Assembly (NCBI GenBank): GCA_050613775.1
Contig: JBODTK010000101.1
Coordinates: 124,001 to 188,000, forward strand
From: Neocallimastix sp. 'constans'
Lineage: Eukaryota
Reading direction: 5' to 3'
DNA: 64,000 bases
Shown here one piece after another: positions 1-13,795 of this stretch (positions within the stretch are counted from its first letter, which is position 1; the number at the start of each line of letters is the position of its first letter). Made by a program: the position numbers and the translations under genes. The notes beneath the pieces are model-generated. The model was given only the letters and a program-made list of their open reading frames with translations, was not told the DNA's origin and made no database searches.

Positions 1-2612
1 TCGAATTATTATTACATCAATATCAAGCTGATATTACTAAAATAAATAAAAAAAATCAAACATTATTAATGCTTGCTATTAATTGTAGTAAAGTTAAAAT
101 CAATCCATTTATTATTGAATTGAAAAAACAAGAATGGGAAAATGCATTAGAAATGAGGTCAGAGTTTTTTACTACTGATAATATAAATAGTATGAATGCT
201 ATCATGAAAAATGAAGATCCATTAGCATTAGCAATACGAAAAAATGATTATGAAAAAATTATGATAATTATTAATCAATTTACTAGTGCTACTATAAATA
301 ATTTGTATGCTGATGGGAAAACAATTATGAGTATCATGATTGAATTTATTGTTAATTCAAAAGATATCTATGATCTGTTGTTTGAAAAAGGCGCCTACAT
401 TGATAGATTTTTTTTAAAATTTGAAAATCTTAAATTAATAAATAAAAACAATGGATTAATGGAATCTATGGTCCAGAATGGCTTTTATACTAATATTTTT
501 GGTTATAAAATTTCCTTTATAGATACACCACTTATATTCTTCACCAAACTTGGTAAAATAGATTTAATTCAAAATTTATTAAAAAACGGTTCTTCCCCTA
601 ATGAAGTAGATGCTTATGGATTAACACCAATATTTTATGCTATTGATCATCAAAATGTTCGTATCGTTAAATTATTGCATAATAGAGAAGCGGACATGTC
701 AAAAAAAAATCACTTAAATGAGACGCCATTAGAGTATGCAAAAAAATTATCAAAAAGATCAAGATACAAAAATGATAGAATGAATGAAATATTATCTTTT
801 TTAGAAGAACAAATTTCAAATAATTTCGAAAGATTAATTTATATAAAAAGACAATTAATAAGTGCTATTCATCAAAAAGATTCGAATGAAATTATAAATA
901 TTCTTGAACAATCCAATATTGATATTAATTATAAATTTAATAAGAGATATTCGGTAATGGATATGATTATAGATAATAGGATTAACGATAAAAAGGTATT
1001 TGATTTTCTTATTAAAAAGCAAAGTAGTATTAATGATTTAGAGGATCGTAGTGAACTCATTAAAAATAATTTGGGATTGATTCAATCTATTATTAAATAT
1101 GGATGCTATGTCAGTCATAGTAAAGGTGAAGTAATATATATCAATAATCCATTAATGTTCTTTATAGGAAAAAAAATGAATGGAATTGTTAAAGTTCTTT
1201 TAGAAAATAAAGCTTCGTTAGAAGAAGTGGATGATAATGGTAATACCCCACTATTCCAGGCTATTAAGAAAAAAAATTATGAAATTTTTGATTTATTGAT
1301 CCATCAATATCCTATTGATATTACTAAAAGAAATAAAAATGATAAAACTCCCTTAATGTATGCCATTTTTCATGGAGAAAAAAAATTTGATCCATTTGCT
1401 ATTGAATTAAAAAGAATAGAAAAAATAGGTAAGGATACTACAATTGATACTGGTACAGATGGTCTCATGATAAAAAACGATCCATTAGAAATAGCCATAT
1501 ACCAGAACAATGATAAAAAAATTATGTCTATCATCAACCAATATACTACAGATGATATTAATGAGCCTAATATTTTTGGAAAACCGATTATGAGTATATT
1601 AATTGAGAATAATGTAGGCTCGAAAGCTATTTATGATTTATTATTTGATAAAAAAGCTTCTATTGATGAAAATCTTTTCAAAAGTAATGATTCCTATTTA
1701 ATTAGTAGAAATAATGGATTAATTGAATCGATAGCTTCTAATGGATTTTATGTTACAAATGATCAAAATATTATAACCTGTATTACTGAACCGGTGATAT
1801 TTTTCACTAAAATTGGAAATAAAGCTATTGTTAAAAAATTATTAGATAAGAAGTGTTCGCCGAATGAAATGGATTCATTTGGGTTTACCCCTATTTTTTA
1901 TGCTATCAGCTATCAAAAGATTGAAGTATTTGATTTGCTACTTGAATATGAAGCTGACCTTGCTATAAAAACAAATCGTCTCAATCTAACCCCGTTGACC
2001 TACGCCATTGGAATTTCTAGATCTAAAATATTTGAAAAAAGACGCATTCAACCATATGATAAAATGCTTAGATATATGAATAATTATCTGAAAATAGATA
2101 ATCTCGATAATTTTCCACTCGGAGATGCATTAAAATTACTAAAAATTAATTATATATTATTTAAATTAAAAAATAAAGGAAAAGGTAAGAGAAAGGAGAA
2201 TGAAGAGAGATACCATCATCCAGATAATGATAACAGTAATCAATTAGAAAGTAAAGAAGATTCCTATAATGATGATGATAGTAGTAATGCTAATGATATA
2301 GAAAAAATTGATGATCAAGGGAATATGTTACTTTTAAAACTTGTTAAGAATTCTAATTCAGATATAAGAATGATTGAAAATTTACTTTCTTCCGGAGCAA
2401 ATGTAAACTATTGTGACGATGACAATAAAACGCCACTGATTTATGCCGTTGAAAATGAAGATATAGAGCTTGTAAAATTACTTATCAAATATAAAGCTGA
2501 TATTAATTATGAAGTTTGTGGAAGGACACCTTTAAAATTGGCTATTAAGAAAAATAATATAGATATAGCTAGAATTATTTTAGAAGAAAAAGAAAGAAAA
2601 AAAAATAATTAA
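1..2612 (+). CDS. Ankyrin-repeat protein, 5' end outside the window
   Basis: Repeated ankyrin-like motifs (DAYGLTPIFYAI, DDNGNTPLFQAI, DSFGFTPIFYAI, DDDNKTPLIYAV, CGRTPLKLAI). The frame is open back to nt 3 (ELLLHQYQADITKINKKNQTLL-M), so the ATG at 69 is internal. No intron in the visible part. Confidence 0.9.
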   Translation, partial: ELLLHQYQADITKINKKNQTLLMLAINCSKVKINPFIIELKKQEWENALEMRSEFFTTDNINSMNAIMKNEDPLALAIRKNDYEKIMIIINQFTSATINNLYADGKTIMSIMIEFIVNSKDIYDLLFEKGAYIDRFFLKFENLKLINKNNGLMESMVQNGFYTNIFGYKISFIDTPLIFFTKLGKIDLIQNLLKNGSSPNEVDAYGLTPIFYAIDHQNVRIVKLLHNREADMSKKNHLNETPLEYAKKLSKRSRYKNDRMNEILSFLEEQISNNFERLIYIKRQLISAIHQKDSNEIINILEQSNIDINYKFNKRYSVMDMIIDNRINDKKVFDFLIKKQSSINDLEDRSELIKNNLGLIQSIIKYGCYVSHSKGEVIYINNPLMFFIGKKMNGIVKVLLENKASLEEVDDNGNTPLFQAIKKKNYEIFDLLIHQYPIDITKRNKNDKTPLMYAIFHGEKKFDPFAIELKRIEKIGKDTTIDTGTDGLMIKNDPLEIAIYQNNDKKIMSIINQYTTDDINEPNIFGKPIMSILIENNVGSKAIYDLLFDKKASIDENLFKSNDSYLISRNNGLIESIASNGFYVTNDQNIITCITEPVIFFTKIGNKAIVKKLLDKKCSPNEMDSFGFTPIFYAISYQKIEVFDLLLEYEADLAIKTNRLNLTPLTYAIGISRSKIFEKRRIQPYDKMLRYMNNYLKIDNLDNFPLGDALKLLKINYILFKLKNKGKGKRKENEERYHHPDNDNSNQLESKEDSYNDDDSSNANDIEKIDDQGNMLLLKLVKNSNSDIRMIENLLSSGANVNYCDDDNKTPLIYAVENEDIELVKLLIKYKADINYEVCGRTPLKLAIKKNNIDIARIILEEKERKKNN

Positions 2613-2650
2613 ATCATTATAATTAATTTATAAATTTATAAGATACAACC

Positions 2651-2698
<48 letters not shown>

Positions 2699-3341
2699 TC
2701 TATAACAGGTGTTTAATAAATATATAGTTATTAAATTATAATTAATTAACAAAAAATAAATAAATAAATAAATAAATAATAAATAAATAAATTAATAAAT
2801 AAATAAATAAATAATAATAATAAATTATAGTAAAAAAATTATAGTAATAAGTAACATATTTAATTTAAAGATTTATGACCTTTTATATAATACATATTAC
2901 ATATTATCGTATTTATTCATTTATTACTTTTGACAAGATTGTATAGGTAATTAAATTTGATAAATAAAAATTAAATATTAATTAGGAAATATAAAATTAT
3001 TATTATTATTATTAATATTAATAATAATATTATTATTATTAGCACTAATAATTTAACTATATATTTAATTTATTATTTATAATATTTATTAACATTTATG
3101 TGTATTTATTTATTTAATAATTACTTAAATGTATAATGTATTAAGATCTATCATCTTGTATAAATCTATCTTTTAATAATTATTTAATTAATTTTTAATT
3201 TATTCTATGTTATGGAAAACGCATGTAGTAATATGTATCTTTATTACTTATTTAAAGCTGAAAGATAGATCATACACTTATTTTCCTTGTATACCATATC
3301 CATTAGGAATATTATTATAGATCTAAATTTAATAGCTAACA

Positions 3342-3374
<33 letters not shown>

Positions 3375-3466
3375 TATTTATTTATTATTTCATATTATTT
3401 ATTTTTTATCATGTCATCGGTAAATAGATTAAATTTATTATTATCATTTCTTTTCAATACAAAAAT

Positions 3467-3514
<48 letters not shown>

Positions 3515-4063
3515 AGTTTTTAGCTTTATTAACGTAGGATTTATATAAACCTAACTATCTTCTGTACTTCCTTCACCGTTGATACATCCAGTATCTGACT
3601 TAAAAGTTAAAAGTAATAATATATATATATATATTTTTTTTTCAATGATACTTTTACTACCATCAAAAAAGTATAAAATTAAATATACTTAAAAAAAAAA
3701 AAAAATCATTGGATTTTTCAGTTGAGGATACGACCAATGAATATACAGAGAATAATTTTTTCTTATATTTATTTGTAACATTTTTATCTTCAATGAAATA
3801 TTATAGTGATTATTTTGATGATTGATTCACAAAATACACATATTCCAGAAAAAAAAAAAAATTTTTTTTTTTTTTTTATCTTGGTTAGTAGAGTCATTTT
3901 ATCAATGTGTAGGAATAACTTTCAATTATGCTATCAATGCCGGATTCATTTTTGGAACTTGTTCATTTCAGTGCCTTTACTATTTTCATTCTTTCGAGTA
4001 CTATCTATATATTAGGCATTTTTTAGATGGAGTTACTAGTATATCTGTAACAACAGCAAATTA

Positions 4064-4105
<42 letters not shown>

Positions 4106-4198
4106 AGGTATATGTAATAATATTAATATATAAAATATTATTTTTATTTTTTTTTTTTTATTTTTCATTTTTTCTATCAACCGCACCTAAATAAAATA

Positions 4199-4239
<41 letters not shown>

Positions 4240-4814
4240 AAGGGTAACTAATTTTCGTTATATGCATTAAATGATATTTGAATAAAGCTAAACTATTTTA
4301 ATTTTTTCATCATGTATGGTAAATTTAATTTATAGAGAAAAAAAAATTATATTTTTATATATATTAAAATTTTAATTTATAATAAATATTTTATATTCTA
4401 ATAAAATAAGAAACAATACAAAAAAAAATAAAAAATAACAAAAAAAAAAATAAAAAAATAAAAAAATAAAAAAAATAAATAAATAAAATTTTAATATTAC
4501 TAAAAAAAAAAAACAATAAATAAAGAAAAAAAAAAAAAAAAAAACAATAACAAAATATTCAAAAACAGGTATGATTTTTATTATTATTATTATTATTATT
4601 AATAATTAATAATTTATGATCTGCTCTTTTAAAAAAAAAATAAAAAAAAAAAGTTTTTTTTTTTTTTTTTTTTTTTTTTTGTTTATGAAAAATGTGTAAC
4701 ATAACATTTTTAATTTTTGTATTGTGTAACATCAATTTAACATGAGCATGCTTAATTTTTTTTTTTGTAATATAGGAAGTTAGATTTATTTATATTTACA
4801 ATAGCAATAATAAC

Positions 4815-4846
<32 letters not shown>

Positions 4847-4866
4847 TTTTATAAAAATCGTATTTA

Positions 4867-4906
<40 letters not shown>

Positions 4907-5141
4907 CAATGCTTAGGTATATTAATTGTTTATTTTTGTTTTTGTTGTTATTGTTGTTGTTGTGGCTATTATATATATGATTATAGTAATTTTAATATAA
5001 TATAAATTATAATGGATGTTAATATATTTTTTTTATATATTTATATATTTATGTATATTTATAAAATAAATATTATATATAAATTCAAATTCTTATTATT
5101 TCTTTTATTAATATGTTAAAACAATTTCTAAAAAATCAAAA

Positions 5142-5179
<38 letters not shown>

Positions 5180-5475
5180 TATGGATTAAATAAAAAAAAA
5201 GAAAAAAAATAAAAAATTGGTATAGGTTAATAATATTTTTTAATATTTAAATCAAATAATGACATAATATTCTTAATATTTATATTTAATTATATTTAAA
5301 TCTTTATTTATTAATTTAATATAAAGAAAAAATGCATTTAAATTTAAATTAAAAAAAAAAAAAATTTTTTTTTATATATATATATATGCTAATATCATAA
5401 AGGTAAAAAAGTAAAAAGTAAAAAAAAAAAAAAGGTAATAAAGTAGAAAGGTTAAAAGGTAAATTTTTGATAAAT

Positions 5476-5507
<32 letters not shown>

Positions 5508-5901
5508 CAATTTTAAAATAGATTAAATAAATAATAAAAAATGAAAAATAAATATTTAAATTAATATAAATTAATATATAATAAATAATAAATAAAATAT
5601 ATAGTATAGTTTAAATAATGTATTTATATATATATATATTTTTTTTAAAAAATATTATTTTCTTTTATATTTTTATAAAAAAAAAATAATTTACATATAA
5701 TATTTTAAATTATATATAAATAAATTATTTCTTTTATATGATTTCAAATCTAATTTAATAATAAATTAAGTATTAATATATTAATATATATATATTTTAT
5801 TTTTTTTATTTTCAGTTCCATTTTATCTATGTATTATAAATGATATATATATATATATATACTTTTTTTTTTTTTTGAGGGGATGATTTCATTAGTTATT
5901 T

Positions 5902-5933
<32 letters not shown>

Positions 5934-5939
5934 GGTCAA

Positions 5940-6805
5940 TTATTTATTTTCTGAGGATAGTACATTATTTTCATTATTTGATTTTGTTGAAGACATATTT
6001 AATTTAGAGGACATATCTTTTGCTTTTACCTCAGCTTTATTAGATGAGGAAGGTGGGGGAAGCGTAGATGGGGAAGCAGGTCTAGTAAAATTTATAAAAG
6101 TACTTTTATTAGTGATTGTAGGGGTTGAATTGGATTCTGTTTTAATATTAGATGAATTATCTTTTTGATTTGGAATATTTGAAGTAGTATTTTGTGAATT
6201 AATATTTTCATTAACTTCTTTAACATTCTTATTATTTAAAGGGGTATTTGAGGAATTTTTGATGTTACTATCAAGAGAAGATTGACTATTATTATGCTTT
6301 AAATCTTCAGAATTTGATGATTTTACTTTACTGTGAACTTTTGTATGATAAAAATTGGAACGATCTGATGGTGTTTGTTGAATTAAAGTATTTGTTGGAG
6401 GAGGTGGTAATCCAGGCATTCGACTAGATTTGTATTTATAGTGATGATGATGATGATAACTTCCACTGTTATCATTGACATCAGATGATTTAGTCTTACT
6501 CAAACTGTTTGATGAAGGACTATCTATTTTTGGTTTATTCGAATCTGATTTCATTGAACTATTTATTGATTTTTGAGAAGAATTGTTATTATTGGAATCA
6601 TTTATATTGTTACTATTTCTTCCATCATCTTTATTTGAAGAATTATTTTGATTTGGAGGCATTGAATTATTATCGTTAGCATTATATCTACTTTCACTAC
6701 CATTTAAACGATCAGATCTTTGACCATCATTCATATATGAAGAATGATTAGAATCATTTCTATAATGGTTATCATAGTAATTATTATTGCTATTATTATT
6801 ATTGC

Positions 6806-6837
<32 letters not shown>

Positions 6838-7432
6838 GAATTATTATTTGGTGGAACATTATTATTATTCATTTGATTATTATTATCATTTGAATAAAAT
6901 TTTTGTTGTGGAGGTGCAAAATTATTCTGATTTTGTGGATTATTTTGATTCATGGATTGATAATTCATATGTTGTTGTTGTTGTTGGTTTGATGATGGTG
7001 GTGGTTGATTATAATTTGAATTATTATAATCTTGATTAAACCCATTAATTTTATTATTAGGTTGAGAATAATTTGGCCTTTGATTATTATAATTTGAATT
7101 CATATTATTATTATTATTATTATTATTATAATAATTTTGATTATTATTTGGGGGATTAAAATTTTGATTATTACTATTATTATTATTTGGAGGATTAAAA
7201 TTTTGATTATTATTATTATTATTATTTGGAGGATTAAAATTTTGATTATTGTTAGTATTATTATTATTATTCATTGGATAATTATTATTTGGTCCATTTA
7301 CAGGTGAATAGTTATTTGGATTAGAATTATGAGGTGGATAATTTTGTGGATTATTATTGTTATTATTTGGAGCCATGTAATTTTGACTTTGATTATTATT
7401 ACCATTTGGTGGGATATAATTATTGTTATTAC

Positions 7433-7463
<31 letters not shown>

Positions 7464-9590
7464 TGAATATTGATTATATCCATTGTTATTTGGTGGTGGT
7501 GGAGGAAGTGGATAACCATTATTTCCATTATTATTCATATTTGAATAGTTTGGATTATAATTATTATTAGGTGGATTATTATAATTATTCATATTATTGT
7601 TATTATTATTTCCATTATTATTTGGATACATATTTCTATTATTATTATTATTATTATTATAATCTTGATTCATAGGATAATTATTATTTGGTGGTCCATT
7701 CATATTTATTGGTTTATGCTCCATGGAGTGATTACCATTATTATTATTATTATAGTTATTATAATTATTGGAATTTGGTGGCATTGGACTCCTCATCATT
7801 GAATTTGTTGGTGACATTGTATTACTATTATTATTATATTGATTCATCATTGATGGATTCTCACTCTTTATCATTCCATTATTATTATTATTATATTGAT
7901 TCATCATATTATCATTATTATTACCATTATTATAATTTGAACCATTATTCATAGAGTTATAAGAAGATACTGAACCTGGAGGGGGATGACTCATATTATT
8001 ATTATTATTCATATTTAATGGCGAATTCATATAATTCATACCGAAATTATTTTGAGATGGACCCCCTTGATTTGGAGTGTAATATGAAGAATTTGAATTA
8101 GATGACATCATAGATGAAGAAATAATACTACTAGCACCTCCAATATAATTCTTTTTACGACTAATAATCTTCTTTTTATCATTAATATTTTCAACACTCA
8201 TATCTGGGAAGAGAGAATTTAATGGATAACCTTTATGTAAATGCTTCTTTGCAAGTAAACGATAAAAACGATCATAGCAATTTTTACCAACTCTAGCAAT
8301 TAAAGGTAAAGAAATGAAACCCCAATAACGACCATTATATAATAAAACTCTTTCAATTAATTGTTCATCTTCTTCCTTAGTCCATGGTGTTCTTTGACCA
8401 GTATTCATTGCTGGATCACTAGGAAGACGATATAAGAAGTTATCAGTACATTTATGTCTTTTTTCATATGCTTCACGTTGACAAAGTGACATTTTCTCCT
8501 TATCAATTTCATGGGTATCCCAAAGAGCCATACAAATCTTCATTGGCTCAATATCTTTTGTATGTAAGTTTAAAGTTGAGAATGGTTGAGGTTCACGATC
8601 AATTTTTCTAATAATAAAACCAATTGGGTGAGTAATAACTCTTGATTGAGGATCAAGGGTAAAGTCTGGTAATGGTAAACCACCATTAGCTTCATTACCA
8701 GTTAAACGGCGTGGACGACTAACTAATGCATTGGTTGTACTCTTTGGTAATAATAAAGAATCTGAAGTAGTTCTTCTTCTTTTATGATTAGAGGATTCTA
8801 TATCTGATAATTCTTCTTCAGAATCATTGTCATCATCACCATTTTGATAACTATTATAACTACTTATACTATCAGATTTTTCTTTTTTATCTTCATTTAA
8901 GCCCTCCATTCTTCTTTTCTTTAATGATTCTGAGAAATTCTTTTCTTTATTTTCGTTTATAGTTTCAACCTTTATTGGTGAATCATTCTTTTTATTGGAT
9001 AATTGATTTGAATTATCACCGGAAGAGTAACGATTACTAGTTTTATTCTTTACTTCTTCTGTAACACTATCTAATGATTTATTATCTATACTGCTTGGAC
9101 TTTGACATTTAGGGCCATCAATACTCATTTTTTCACCTTCATCTTCCTTTTCACTATTTTTCTTTGATGGTTCTCCTTTTGTTTGCTCATTCTTTTCTTT
9201 ATTAAGGTTTATAGATGAATCAGAGCCTGATGATTTTGTAGTATCATTATTCATATTTATGTCTTCTAAATCTTTTGAACTAATACTACCTTCTTTATGT
9301 AATAGTTTTTTATATTTGATAATTTCATTATTTTGTTCTTCAAGTTGCCTCTTTAATGAAGCTCTTTTAGTTCTTTCATTTTCTAATTGGCGTTCATAAC
9401 TACTTTTAACATTGTCTAACTCTAAGCGTAATGAATCAAGTTGAGAATGTAAATTGTCGCGTTGTCTTATAAGATGTTGTTTTTCATTTCTCTCTTTCTC
9501 AAGTTCGTCTTTTAACCATGATTGAGAAGAATATACGGGCTCCAAATGCTGGTTTGCCAGCTTTATCATACTATTAATATAATCCTGCAT
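5940..9590 (-). CDS. Myb/SANT-domain protein with N-terminal coiled coil and long Asn/Pro/Gln-rich low-complexity region
   Basis: 1216-aa uninterrupted ORF; Myb-like repeat RTPWTKEEDEQLIERV...YWGFISLPLIARVGKNCYDRFYRL; heptad-rich residues ~25-95; basic NLS-like HKRRRT; several hundred residues of N-rich sequence. Confidence 0.85.
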
Positions 9591-9712
9591 TTTTTTTTAT
9601 ACTTGTATATTTTCTTTACGTTTATTTTTTTTTTTTATAAATCTAAATTATATATATTAAATTATCAATTAATTAATTTAATTTGAATCATAAATATTTG
9701 ATAATTATATTA

Positions 9713-9756
<44 letters not shown>

Positions 9757-11099
9757 AACATTAAAATAAAATAAAATAAAATATAAAACAACATAAACAA
9801 TATTTTTAATAATAATTATTTTAAATTTAAATTTTTCAATTTTAATATTTTGTTGTCAATAATTAAAACAATAATAAAATATCAAATTTAGTTATTATTG
9901 AATTTATTGAATTTCCAATACATTATTTTTGGAAATTTTGTTATGATTTTTCAATAATTATAATTATTACTATTATGAAATTTTATCATTTATCTTATTT
10001 AAATAAAATATATATGTATATAAATATTAATAATATATTGCTAATTTTAACTTACTTTATAATTTTAATATTTTCTACTTTTTGTTTTTGTTTTTGTTGG
10101 TTTTTTACATTTACTGTAAAAGAAAAAAAAAATAAAAAATATAATAAAATAAAATATAAAAATAATATAAAAAAAGTAGACGAAAAAAAAAAATACAGAT
10201 TTATAAATCTAATTAATTTTCTCAAAAATTAAATAAACTCCTTTATATTTAAATTGATTCTTTTCATTGATAATTTAAAATAAAAATATGTTCTCTTATG
10301 AATTTTTTTTTTTTATGGCGTAAAACTCTTTCTTTCTTATTTTTATTTTTAATTTTTTTTTTAACTTTCTTTTAATTTTTATTTTTTAATCTTTCTTTTT
10401 CTTTTTCTTTTTTTTTTATGTTTTTCTCTTTCCTTGTTATTATTTTAGAAAATTTATATTATTGATTATTCCTTCTTCTAATATATATCCTTGATTAATA
10501 TTTTTCTATATTTTATTTTTTCAAAATAATATTACTAAATTTAACAAGTTTTAAATATATATATAATTGTTTTTATAACGGTTATTTATAAAACTATGAT
10601 TTCATATATATATATGTAAGCATATATACATATACTACTTTATTTTCTGAATTAATATAGAATAATTGTATAAAAAAAAAAAAAAAAGCAAAAGAATATA
10701 AAGAATAAATAAAGAAATAAAGAATAAATTTTTATGAAACTAAAAATAAAGAATATGAAATAATAAAAAATAATAAAAAATAATATTAAAATTTATTCTT
10801 GTATATAAAATTAATTATTATTATTATTACTATTATATAAAAAAATTATTAATATAATTTTAAATATAAATAAGGTTTATATTATAAATATATTAATTAC
10901 ATATTATCATAAAAAATTTTTAGAAATAAAAGAATTTAAATTATTATTTATTAGTTTATATTACCATTATATGTGTAATATTTAATTTTGATTTAATTAT
11001 AATTTTTGTTCGTTTATTTATTAAAATCTAATACATATTTATATTAAATGAAGAATTAATAATAGTAATTAATAATTATGATAATAATATAAAATTCAT

Positions 11100-11232
11100 A
11101 TATATTATTTATATTATTTATATTATTTATATTATTTACATTATTTATATTATTTACATTATTTATATTATTTATATTATATATATTATTTATATTATAT
11201 ATATTATTTATATTATTTATATTATTTATATT
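11100..11232. repeat. 9-bp minisatellite (TATATTATT variants)
   Basis: Tandem TATATTATT/TACATTATT units read directly. Confidence 0.7.
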
Positions 11233-12255
11233 ACTAATATTAATACTGCTTATTTAATGATTAATTTTATTTATTTATTGTTTGCCGTTAATAACTATTT
11301 ATTACTTTTACTATAATTATTTATTATTTATCTATTAGTATTATATTTATTCATGTTTTATATTATATATTATTATTTTATATTTTCAATATTATTTAAA
11401 TGTTATCTAACAGTCATTAAGTGAACTTTTTACTATTATTATTACCTATTATTATTTTAAATTCATATAATGCGTTACAATAATATGATAATATATAAAG
11501 TTTTTCTTTTTTTTTTATAATTATCTACTCATAATAAAATTAAAATTAAAAATGATATTTTTATCGTAGATAAATGATATAATATATAAGACCCAATATA
11601 AATATTTAATTTATACAGTAAATTTTATATATAATTATAAGAAATCTATTATATAAATTAAATAACTAATAATGTATTATTAATAATTATTAAATAGAAA
11701 TTATTTTATTAAATAATTTACTTTATTTTTTATAATTATATTTGTCATGTTTTTTTTTATACTTATTTATTTTATTTAGTTTTATAATTATATTTGTCAT
11801 GTTTTTTTTTATACTTATTTTATTTAGTAATTTTACTATTTTTATATTTATATAATCATATTTTTTTATACTTTTATTTTATTTTTATTAAGTATTAAAA
11901 TATTTATACAATATTATTTTTTTTTTATTTTATTTTTATAAAGTATGAAAATAAATAAAACAATATTGTATAAATATTAATACTTCATATTTTATTTTAT
12001 AATCTATTTTATTTTTATATTCTATTTTATTTTTATATTCTATTTTATTTTTATATTCTATATTTAAATTATTAATTATTATTAATTATTAATGTAAAAC
12101 TTTACAATTCATTAGTTCTTTTGAATGACTTTTGTTATTCTATAATCAGTTTTCATACATAAATAAATATTTAATTGATGTATTTTTATAAATATTTATT
12201 TTATAATGTATAAAAATTTTTAATATTCAATAAAATTCAGTATTCATGAAAATAA

Positions 12256-12720
12256 ATTATTTGCTATTACTTTTTTTTTTTTTTTATTTTTTTATAGACA
12301 GGGATTAACGAGAGAGGAGGACAATAGGGCATGCTAAGAAGTTCGTTGTATAAAGTGGCGTATTGGAAATGTTTTTCATATTCCCTATACGTCGCTTTAA
12401 CAACGGACTTATTTTTACTGATCTCTTGCACCATTATCGAGAGAGTAACAACTACAACTAATCCTCTCATATAGATCAAATATTCTCTGAACAAGCAATT
12501 ATGTGTAGTCTAGCAACAGGAATATTTATCATAGCAAAGAGAACAACTAACTTCATTTATAGAAAAAAAAAAAAAAACCCTGTAAGGATGAAAATCACCC
12601 CATATAAATTCAGAAGGTAATTGTGGAGTCAATACAGAATCCATATTTGTGTTAATCCTGAGTACTAACCACTGAGATACAAAGACACTTTAATATCAAA
12701 ATTGACATTAAAATACAATA
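12256..12720. mobile_element. GC-richer non-coding island, probable retroelement UTR fragment with a long hairpin
   Basis: Composition island in a very AT-rich desert; T-run followed by TAGACAGGGA (12295-12304), also seen at the end of the LINE at 28227-28236; imperfect inverted repeat 12339-12410. Confidence 0.45.
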
Positions 12721-13405
12721 AAATAAAACATTAAAGAAAATAAATAAAAAAATAAATAAATAACTTTTATTATTTCTATTTTTCGTTCATTTTTGGAAAT
12801 GCCATGATTCTTTAATTTATATTCCAATATTTATAATAATAAAAGTTTAATTATTAATAAATATAATAATTTATATTAAAATAAATTGATTAAATTGTAT
12901 AAAAAATATAATCAGAATTTTTTTCATTTTAGTCTTCATAGACTATTTTTTTTTTCTTAGTAAATAGAATTAATATATATCACTAATATTATATATTATA
13001 GTATTATTAAAATAAATACTATTAATTTTATTGAATATTACATTGATAAATTTATTATTATATAACATATTATAAATAATTTATATAATATAATATATTA
13101 CATTTATATTACACATATATTTTATAAAAAATTAAATCATATTAAAAATTGAAAAATTTAAAATTAAATATCCCAAAGATTTATTTAGGTACACATTAAT
13201 TATTATTAGCATATTAAATATTTTATAGTATCAAAATTATCATTAACTTTAATTATTATTATTTTTAAATATTTTCCATTAAAGTTATTAATATAATTTA
13301 TAATTATCATGTAACTAGTATTTTATAAAATTTGTTCATTAATATTCATTTTTAATTTAATTTAACTTAATTTAATTAAATTAAATTAAATTAAAATTTT
13401 CTTTC

Positions 13406-13436
<31 letters not shown>

Positions 13437-13664
13437 TTTAGTTATATTATATGATTTATAATTCTTGATATTGATATAAAAAAAAATTTTTTTATAAATA
13501 TTGATACGTATTACATAAAAATAAATATTAATAGATAAATCCAATATATAGTTTATTATAAATTAAAAAGAATAATTATTTTTACATTTAACATAATACA
13601 AAAACAATAATGATAAAAAGTCAATAGAAAAAAAAAAAACTTTATCCTTTAAGAAAATTTGTTT

Positions 13665-13795
13665 TTATTATTATTATTATTTTTTTTTTGATAGTTGAAA
13701 ATAATAAATTATATTTAAGAATATATGAAAAATTATTTTTATTATTATTTTTTTTGATAGTTGAAAATAATAAATTATATTTAAGAACATATATA
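13665..13795. repeat. Tandem duplication, period ~66 bp
   Basis: GATAGTTGAAAATAATAAATTATATTTAAGAA begins at both 13690 and 13756. Confidence 0.8.

Noticed and set aside
6836..7954. Short Tyr/Ile-rich ORFs overlapping the Myb gene
   Set aside because: Shadow frames of the AAT-repeat coding sequence.
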